A DNA stretch of 39,732 nt. Origin: Candidatus Aenigmatarchaeota archaeon (GTDB lineage Archaea > Aenigmatarchaeota > Aenigmatarchaeia > GW2011-AR5). Location: assembly GCA_016202875.1 (NCBI GenBank), contig JACQNX010000077.1:1-39732 (forward strand), written 5' to 3'. Both the position numbers and the translations under genes were made by a program. Positions 33,585 to 39,732 of this stretch are shown here, in pieces (position 1 is the first letter of the stretch; the number at the start of each line of letters is the position of its first letter). The notes beneath the pieces were generated by a model. That model had not been told where the DNA came from and searched no databases. It saw nothing but the letters and a program-made list of their open reading frames with translations.

Positions 33585-34532
33585 ATGGTCATTGAAAATA
33601 TTCTCATATTTCTTGCAGCAAGCATCGTGCTGGTCAAATCTGCAAGCTACGCGGTCAAATCGATAGCAAAAATAGCAGAGTACATAAGATTCTCGCAGTT
33701 CTTTGCCGCTTTCGTTATCGCAGGCTTTGTGTCTATCCTGCCTGAGCTGTTCATAGGAATAAATGCGGCGCTGATAGGCGTACCGGCTGTTGGCGTAGGT
33801 ATTATCATAGGCGCCAATGTGGCTGACATGACGCTTCTTGTGGGCATTATAGCACTCGTAGGGCGGAAAATACATGTGGGCAATAAGACGATAAGCAACA
33901 ATGCCTATTTTGTAATCATCACAGCGCTGCCCATAATACTCATGGTTGACGGAAATCTCACGCGCGATGACGGGCTGATACTAATACTTGCTTTCTTGTT
34001 TTACCTTTCAACTATTTTGAAGAAAGAAAAGATTTTCTCCGGCAAGGCAAAGAAAAATAAAAAAGCTATAGGGAAACATACAATCATATTCCTTATTTCC
34101 ATGCTGCTGCTGTTCATCAGCGCGCACTACATGCTGGAGTCAGGGATGAATCTTGCAAAAGAATTTGCACTGCCTGTTATTCTCGTAGGCCTGCTGGTGA
34201 TAGCTCTGGGAACCACCTTGCCTGAATTTACGTTCTCCCTGCGCGCTGTGCTTGCAAAGCACAAAGAAATAGCTCTCGGAGACCTGCTGGGCAACGTGGC
34301 CATAGACAGCACCTTTACTATTGGGGTAGTAGCGCTGATAAGCCCTGTAGTAAATAATTTCTCGCCCATTATCGTCAGCTCCCTATTCATGATACTGGGC
34401 GCGCTTGTTGTCACGACGCTAATGCAAGCAGGCAAAGGCATAACATGGCAGGAGAGCTTCTTGCTCTTCTTCATTTATGCGATGTTCATAATGATAGAAA
34501 TCATGCTGAAAGGCGGGATAGTTGCGACGTGA
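33585..34532 (+). CDS. Sodium/calcium exchanger family (CaCA, YrbG-like) antiporter
   Basis: Two alpha-repeats: SILPELFIGINA..GANVADMTL and GTTLPEFTFSL..GDLLGNVA. Confidence 0.8.
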   Translation: MVIENILIFLAASIVLVKSASYAVKSIAKIAEYIRFSQFFAAFVIAGFVSILPELFIGINAALIGVPAVGVGIIIGANVADMTLLVGIIALVGRKIHVGNKTISNNAYFVIITALPIILMVDGNLTRDDGLILILAFLFYLSTILKKEKIFSGKAKKNKKAIGKHTIIFLISMLLLFISAHYMLESGMNLAKEFALPVILVGLLVIALGTTLPEFTFSLRAVLAKHKEIALGDLLGNVAIDSTFTIGVVALISPVVNNFSPIIVSSLFMILGALVVTTLMQAGKGITWQESFLLFFIYAMFIMIEIMLKGGIVAT

Positions 34533-34665
34533 CATCTAATCAGCCGTAATGAGTGCAAGAGACCTTTTCGCAATATCTGTTAAGAAAACAGCGATATACA
34601 TAAAGTCGGCAAAGAGCAAGATGAGAGAGTTTTATTTGTGATTTGCATAAAATATCGAATGGAGG

Positions 34666-34878
34666 TTGTCTGATATGGCTGTGGAGCCAACAAAGAAGGA
34701 GATGGACATCATGTGGCAGATGAAGAGGAATGGTAAGGCAGTTTTTCTAGTGCGTGAACTTGCCTACCTCGGCTGCGCATTTGACGAGAAAAGAATAGAC
34801 ATACGATTTTCGTGGACTCCTAATAATGAAACCAGAAACATGTTACGATTCTTTTCTGGTTTCACTATAAATATGTAG
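34666..34878 (+). CDS. Hypothetical 70-aa protein
   Basis: ORF only; no motif recognised. Confidence 0.25.
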   Translation: MSDMAVEPTKKEMDIMWQMKRNGKAVFLVRELAYLGCAFDEKRIDIRFSWTPNNETRNMLRFFSGFTINM

Positions 34879-34895
34879 CTTTCCAAGACTCCTGT

Positions 34896-35627
34896 ATGCG
34901 CTTTTGGGAAATTGATACGCTGCGCGGCATTGCTATTGTGCTCATGGTTATTTTTAACTGGGCATTTGCCCTGAACTACTTTCTCATATACTCTATCGGC
35001 AGCGGCTGGCTGTTCTGGTGGCTATTTCCACGGTTTATAGCAACGATGTTCATAGTTATTGCTGGCATTTCTTTTACGATAAGTTATTCCAGGATGAAAA
35101 CAGCAAAAAAGAAAACAAAAGCATCTGTGTACAAAAAATACATCTTCAGGGGAGGGAAGATATTTTTACTAGGCATGCTGGCGACACTAGCTACAGGGTT
35201 GTTTTTTCCACAGGGAACAATATACTTTGGCATATTGCATTTCCTTGGAATAGCGATAATGACTGCATCGCTTTTCAGGAATTTAGGAAAGTGGAATGTG
35301 TTATTGGGCATTATTTTTATATTAACCGGTATAATTGCACAAACGTTAACAGTTTCATATTTATGGCTTCTATGGGCAGGGATCAAGCCAGAAAACTTCT
35401 ACACATTTGATTATTTCCCCCTGTTTCCGTGGCTCGGTATCTTTCTGATTGGCATGTTTGCTGGCGATATATTTTACAAAAACGGCAAAAGGAATTTTAT
35501 GATAAGTGACGAAAAGAAAATAACACAAGCAATAAGTTTTCTTGGAAGACATTCGCTTGTTATCTACATACTCCATATTCCTGTGCTTCTGTTAATTTTG
35601 CATGCTTTTGGCTATGCTCTATTCTGA
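34896..35627 (+). CDS. DUF1624 / heparan-alpha-glucosaminide N-acetyltransferase-like membrane protein
   Basis: MRFWEIDTLRGIAIVLMVIFN N-terminal signature, polytopic. Confidence 0.65.
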   Translation: MRFWEIDTLRGIAIVLMVIFNWAFALNYFLIYSIGSGWLFWWLFPRFIATMFIVIAGISFTISYSRMKTAKKKTKASVYKKYIFRGGKIFLLGMLATLATGLFFPQGTIYFGILHFLGIAIMTASLFRNLGKWNVLLGIIFILTGIIAQTLTVSYLWLLWAGIKPENFYTFDYFPLFPWLGIFLIGMFAGDIFYKNGKRNFMISDEKKITQAISFLGRHSLVIYILHIPVLLLILHAFGYALF

Positions 35628-36349
35628 TTCTGGGGCTTAGCAGCAGACTTTAGCTTATTCAGATAAGGCGTGAATAAATTCATTATCAGCAGTGAACCCA
35701 AAAACAGATTGACTGGCAGATTGGCTGCAAGGGGCAGCAGCAACGCGAGGAGCGCCACTGCAGGACCAAAAATAATTTTCCCTTTTCTTGTTGCCGGGGA
35801 CGTGACAGGCTCAAGAACCATGACAAATGCAAAGAAATAAGCTGTGTAATCTTCTAATGGAAGTACGCCTTTGATGATGAAAAAGATTATGAAATAAACA
35901 GCAAGAAATGATAGCGAAGTTTCAAGCCTTCTTATTTTGTAGGCAACAAGAAGCCCTAATGGAATGACAATCCAGTGAAGCACACCCCACCATGCTGTTA
36001 CGATGCCGAAGATGGACATGACGAAAAGGGAGAATGCAGCTGGATTGAAGATATTTCTTTTTCTGATCCTTATGATGTATTTGCCTGCCATGGCGATGAC
36101 AGCTGCCACAAAGGCGAATACTGGATTAGGCGCAAGGAGCAGTGCAATGATGAGGCCGGAAATCAGCCCAAGGTAAGGAAAGTCTTTTCTCTTATCGATG
36201 AGCCATGCGAGCAGGAAATCTAGAACTGCTGCTGTCAGAGGCGCAATGACAAGATGCAGGATGTTGCCAATTGAAAACGTCAGTGCAGCAAGAATCAGAA
36301 GCATTGCTATGAGAACGTGCTCTGCTTCCAACATCTTGAAGTCTGGCAT
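35612..36349 (-). CDS. Polytopic membrane protein with an RnfD/NqrB-like FNPA motif
   Basis: 245 aa. NIFNPAAFSLFV resembles the RnfD/NqrB family motif. Assignment is tentative. Confidence 0.35.
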   Translation of the reverse strand: MPDFKMLEAEHVLIAMLLILAALTFSIGNILHLVIAPLTAAVLDFLLAWLIDKRKDFPYLGLISGLIIALLLAPNPVFAFVAAVIAMAGKYIIRIRKRNIFNPAAFSLFVMSIFGIVTAWWGVLHWIVIPLGLLVAYKIRRLETSLSFLAVYFIIFFIIKGVLPLEDYTAYFFAFVMVLEPVTSPATRKGKIIFGPAVALLALLLPLAANLPVNLFLGSLLIMNLFTPYLNKLKSAAKPQNQNRA

Positions 36350-36350
36350 C

Positions 36351-36734
36351 TTACTTCACGCGAATGAGTCCCTCTACTGCTGGGTGCAGGTGGTCGTGAT
36401 ATCGCCACTCGCCAGATTTTGTAAACGTAAACTGATATGTCTGGCCTTTGCCTATTCCTCTCAGCGGGTCAAAGCCTGGAAGCTTTGTGTGCGTTGGATG
36501 GTCATCTGATGCAGGCCATACATTTACATTCGTCCTGCTGTTTGTCCATACTACTGTGTCGCCGGCATCGATCTCAACAACTTCTGGTACAAACCCGGAA
36601 TCTGTTACTGCAACGTTTACAATGTCTCCTGTTCCTGGTTGAGGTGCAACATCTGTGCTAGGTCCTGATGTGCAGCCCGCTACAAAAACTGTTGCCACTA
36701 CTGCGAGAACAATTGTATTTATTCTTGATTTCAT
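36351..36734 (-). CDS. Cupredoxin-fold lipoprotein lacking the type-1 copper Cys
   Basis: MKSRINTIVLAVVATVFVAGC lipobox, GGAGGG before the ATG. GFVPEVVEIDAGDTVVWTN.., then HPTH and YHDHLHP in place of the C..H..M ligands. Confidence 0.6.
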   Translation of the reverse strand: MKSRINTIVLAVVATVFVAGCTSGPSTDVAPQPGTGDIVNVAVTDSGFVPEVVEIDAGDTVVWTNSRTNVNVWPASDDHPTHTKLPGFDPLRGIGKGQTYQFTFTKSGEWRYHDHLHPAVEGLIRVK

Positions 36735-36760
36735 TTTTATCCCTCCGAAATTGGTAAAGA

Positions 36761-37195
36761 TTATGACGAGATCGTCTGGACGCCGCTGAGGCCTTGTCCC
36801 CCTTGTTCTTGCTTTACTGTACTTGTGTACTCTTTGGACCAATAGTGAGCACCATTTATTATAGCATGAGCGCGGAAGTAAAGAGTGCCTGGATTGATTA
36901 CTGGTATTGAAACGGTGAACGTGGCAGGACTTGTTCCATTGTATACGTCACTCAATGCTGGGTATCCTGCTTCATCTGGTGTCGTGGTTTTTAAAAAATT
37001 TCCAGGCCTGTGCTCATACCCGTAGTGCACTGCTGTATGCTGGAAATTCAGTGCAGGTCCTTTTACAACCCACGTAATATTAACAGTTCCATCTAGGTTT
37101 GCTGTAGAGGGATAAGTTGTAACATCTATGCTAGGTTCTGCTGTACAGCCTGTTATCAGTACAATGGACAATAATGGAAGGACAAAATTTTCCAT
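36761..37195 (-). CDS. Hypothetical lipoprotein (beta-rich)
   Basis: Lipobox LITGC. 144 aa. Upstream of the cupredoxin-like gene on the same strand. Confidence 0.5.
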   Translation of the reverse strand: MENFVLPLLSIVLITGCTAEPSIDVTTYPSTANLDGTVNITWVVKGPALNFQHTAVHYGYEHRPGNFLKTTTPDEAGYPALSDVYNGTSPATFTVSIPVINPGTLYFRAHAIINGAHYWSKEYTSTVKQEQGGQGLSGVQTISS

Positions 37196-37256
37196 ATAAT
37201 TTTATTGAAAAGAGCTTTTTTATATCTATAAATATCGTATTTTCCATAACATATTT

Positions 37257-37940
37257 ATGAAGAAAATTTTTCTTTTGGTGTTCATATTATTAATACCTGC
37301 TGTCCTCGCACATGTAGGAGAGGAAAAGAAAACAGGCTTTTATTTTTTTGATGCATTCATCTATGGCGTGGTATCCCTTGCCCTAATCTCGCTGGTTGCG
37401 GTGCACTACAACAAAAAGATGTCAAAGACGGAGAAAAAATCTGTATTTGTTTTTTATGTTGTGACAGCAGCAGTTGTCACTGGCTACATCGCTGCAGGCA
37501 CAGTTTACCTGAACTGGACTTCGGCTACTGGAGGACCTGTGCACTGGCATGCTGATTTTGAGATATGGGTATGCGGGCAGAAGCTTGAACTCATAGAGTC
37601 CGAAGGCTGGGAGAACAAGGTCGGCGAAGAGGACGTGCATCATCACAATGACCTGCGCATACATGTGGAGGGCGTGCTGCAGCATCAGGATGAGGCGAGC
37701 GTGCATGAATTCTTCCACGCGATTGGCGGCGAGTTTACAGAAGATGAGCTCACAGTTCCTCTCAGGGACAAGAGCGTACGAACATGGAAGAATGGCGATC
37801 TCTGTCCTGATGGAAAACCAGGAAAAATACGGTTCTTTGTGAACGGGAAAGAGAACTTTGATTACGGAAAGTACATCATTGCGCCTTATCCTGATGTTCC
37901 TCCCGGGGATTTCCTGAACATAACTTTCAACGCAGCATGA
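37257..37940 (+). CDS. Membrane-anchored His-rich extracytoplasmic domain protein (paralog of the 31456-32145 domain)
   Basis: Signal/TM segments, then GGPVHWHADFEIWVCGQKL..VHHHNDLRIHVEG..FFVNGKEN. Confidence 0.55.
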   Translation: MKKIFLLVFILLIPAVLAHVGEEKKTGFYFFDAFIYGVVSLALISLVAVHYNKKMSKTEKKSVFVFYVVTAAVVTGYIAAGTVYLNWTSATGGPVHWHADFEIWVCGQKLELIESEGWENKVGEEDVHHHNDLRIHVEGVLQHQDEASVHEFFHAIGGEFTEDELTVPLRDKSVRTWKNGDLCPDGKPGKIRFFVNGKENFDYGKYIIAPYPDVPPGDFLNITFNAA

Positions 37941-37950
37941 TGGTGAAAAC

Positions 37951-38661
37951 ATGGTAGTGGAAGCAAGCTTACCAGCAATCGGGACAGTTGTGCTGACAGC
38001 TGTAGTTGACGCTATCAATCCCTGCGCCATAGGAATCCTGATCTTGCTGATATCAACTATGGTGAGCGGCGGGAGAACAAGGCCTTACATGCTTAAAATT
38101 GGCATCGTATATACAACTGCTGTTTTCATAACATACCTGCTTGCTGGATTAGGACTTACATTCTTTTTCCACAATATTCCGCTCTTTGTTGCTGAATACA
38201 TCTCCATTGCTGTTGCTGCGATAATAACCGTGGCAGGTCTGATTGAGATAAAGGACTACTTCTGGTACGGCCGCGGGTTCTCGCTGGCAATATCGCCTGA
38301 CATGGCAAAAAGGATACACATTTATACAAAAAGGATTACTCTCCCTGGCGCATTCCTGCTGGGCATATTTGTCACGGCTGTTGAGCTGCCATGCACAGGA
38401 GGGCCTTACCTGGCTATAACATTGCTGCTTTCCCAGAATTTCAACTTCGCTGCATTTCTCCTGCTCGTGCTCTACAACATCATCTTCATCGCGCCGCTGA
38501 TAGTAATTGTGGCAGCTGTGTTTTTCGGGATGAAAATCCAGAATGTGAAGAAGTGGAAGCACAAGCACCGCAGTTACATGCGGCTGGCTGTAGGGTTGCT
38601 GCTACTATGGCTGGCATGGTTGCTTATGTTAATTGCTAATGGGACGATTAATTTCGGATAA
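37951..38661 (+). CDS. ccdA: CcdA/DsbD-family thiol-disulfide electron transporter
   Basis: AINPCAIGILILL (TM1 Cys) and ELPCTGGPYL (second conserved Cys-Pro region). 6 TM. Confidence 0.75.
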   Translation: MVVEASLPAIGTVVLTAVVDAINPCAIGILILLISTMVSGGRTRPYMLKIGIVYTTAVFITYLLAGLGLTFFFHNIPLFVAEYISIAVAAIITVAGLIEIKDYFWYGRGFSLAISPDMAKRIHIYTKRITLPGAFLLGIFVTAVELPCTGGPYLAITLLLSQNFNFAAFLLLVLYNIIFIAPLIVIVAAVFFGMKIQNVKKWKHKHRSYMRLAVGLLLLWLAWLLMLIANGTINFG

Positions 38662-38707
38662 GTTGCATAATGAGTAAATACAAATAACAAAAAAGGACGT
38701 ATGAAAA

Positions 38708-38974
38708 ATGCACATCGTGAAAAGACAAGGGCACAAAGAGAAGTTTGACAGCAGAAAGATCTACGCATCAGTGTACTATGCCTGCAGGAGCACGCACATG
38801 GGGAAAAAGGCATGTGAAAAAACAGCCGGAAAGGTCAGCACAGAGATAAACACATGGGCCAAGAGCAAATCCAGCATGACATCAGATCAGATATTCAGAG
38901 AGATAGCAAAGAGACTGAAAAAATACGATACAGATGCTGCGTTCATGTACGAAACACACAGGGACATTTCGTAA
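38708..38974 (+). CDS. Stand-alone ATP-cone domain protein
   Basis: MHIVKRQGHKEKFDSRKIYASVYYAC fits the ATP-cone start (V-x-KR-x-G-x-x-E-x-F-D-x-x-KI). Confidence 0.65.
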   Translation: MHIVKRQGHKEKFDSRKIYASVYYACRSTHMGKKACEKTAGKVSTEINTWAKSKSSMTSDQIFREIAKRLKKYDTDAAFMYETHRDIS

Positions 38975-39066
38975 CGTAGGCTGCCTGATGCAACTGTTTA
39001 CATAGTTTATATATTCTTCATCCTTCACCACTAAATATCTTAAAATCATATTGACAGATGATATAC

Positions 39067-39513
39067 ATGAAAAAGAAAACTGCCCTCTTTATCGGCAGAT
39101 TCCAGCCGCTTCATTACGGCCATCTGCATGCAATCAGGCGAGCAAGAAGGAAGTACAATGTCATCGTTCTTATCGGGAGCATAAACAAGAAAGATGAAAA
39201 GAATCCTTTTTCTTACCCGCAGAGAAAGGATATGATTTCTTCGCTGTTCCCTAACATCAAAATAATCGGCATAAAAGACACAACAGATAGCGCGTGGACA
39301 AAGAAGATCAAGAAGTTAAAGTTCGATGTTGTTATTTCTGGGAATGCCCGTGTCTGGAAATGTTTGAAAGGCTGTGCTATAGAAATTCCAAAATTTTCAA
39401 ATCCCAAACGGTACAATGGCACGAAAATCAGGAAGCTGCTGGCTCATGGCAAAAGTGTAGATGGACTTGTGCCCAAAAAGATAGTAAAAATTACTCAAAA
39501 GAAAAGAAGCTAA
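39067..39513 (+). CDS. Nicotinamide-nucleotide adenylyltransferase-like cytidylyltransferase
   Basis: ALFIGRFQPLHYGHL (G-R-F-Q-P-x-H-x-G-H) ..IGS..KNPFSYPQRKDMI ..GTKIR. Confidence 0.7.
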   Translation: MKKKTALFIGRFQPLHYGHLHAIRRARRKYNVIVLIGSINKKDEKNPFSYPQRKDMISSLFPNIKIIGIKDTTDSAWTKKIKKLKFDVVISGNARVWKCLKGCAIEIPKFSNPKRYNGTKIRKLLAHGKSVDGLVPKKIVKITQKKRS

Positions 39514-39628
39514 CAAAATTCGCAGACCTTGCCTTTTGCATGCGAGTGTTTCTTGGATGTTTTTTTCTTTGGCATGTTTTTCTTTCTGCTGGTTATGATA
39601 TAAATAGATTTTTGTGGTAGTGAATAGC

Positions 39629-39732
39629 ATGAAATTTCTTGTCTTTCAACATGTTCCCCATGAACATCCAGGCCTCATTACCCATTATGCAGCAGAGAGA
39701 AGCATAGAAATGGATATAGTAAAATTATGGGA
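39629..39732 (+). CDS. Class I glutamine amidotransferase-like protein, N-terminal part (3' end cut by window edge)
   Basis: MKFLVFQHVPHEHPGLITHYAAERSIEMDIV is the typical start of GuaA-like stand-alone GATase1 proteins. Confidence 0.5.
   Translation, partial: MKFLVFQHVPHEHPGLITHYAAERSIEMDIVKLW

Noticed and set aside
1-39732. CRISPR arrays, tRNA/rRNA genes, IS elements or integrases
   Set aside because: Reading both strands found no regularly spaced direct repeats, no T-loop (GGTTCGAATCC-like) or acceptor-stem signatures, and no transposase or integrase-like ORFs. The only long exact repeat is the 52-nt livH-tail pair.

Overview
Archaeal chromosomal fragment, identified from aIF2-gamma, ribosomal protein S6e, AT-rich TTTAAATA-type promoter boxes and short or absent leaders. 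No rRNA, tRNA, CRISPR array, transposase or integrase was recognised. All product calls come from motif and architecture recognition by eye; no database search was possible. Left part (1-24.6 kb): a LIV-type (branched-chain amino acid family) ABC transporter locus whose core genes keep the canonical order and strand (livH 1077, livM 8682, livG 15592, livF 21909) but are spread over about 21 kb. The spacers hold 8 full-length and 3 fragmentary LivK-type substrate-binding protein (SBP) genes, 4 TrmB-family regulators each divergent from an SBP gene, 8 toxin-antitoxin (TA) modules or remnants, and a RecQ helicase. Each core liv gene, and recQ, sits directly behind a PIN-toxin TA pair. Right part: a small defence-like islet (CARF-like wHTH regulator, DIP1984-like protein, AbiEi/AbiEii-like pair), rps6e plus aIF2-gamma, ion antiporters, a cluster of extracytoplasmic thiol-disulfide and His-rich proteins (DsbA-like, CPAC membrane protein, CcdA-like, cupredoxin-like), an ATP-cone protein, an NMN adenylyltransferase-like gene and a partial amidotransferase. 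Main finding: the aIF2-gamma gene is interrupted inside its P-loop by a 30-nt, stop-containing insert. The insert folds into a near-canonical bulge-helix-bulge (BHB) motif, and excision at the canonical bulge positions restores GHVDHGKT exactly. This is a candidate endonuclease-spliced intron in an essential protein-coding gene.
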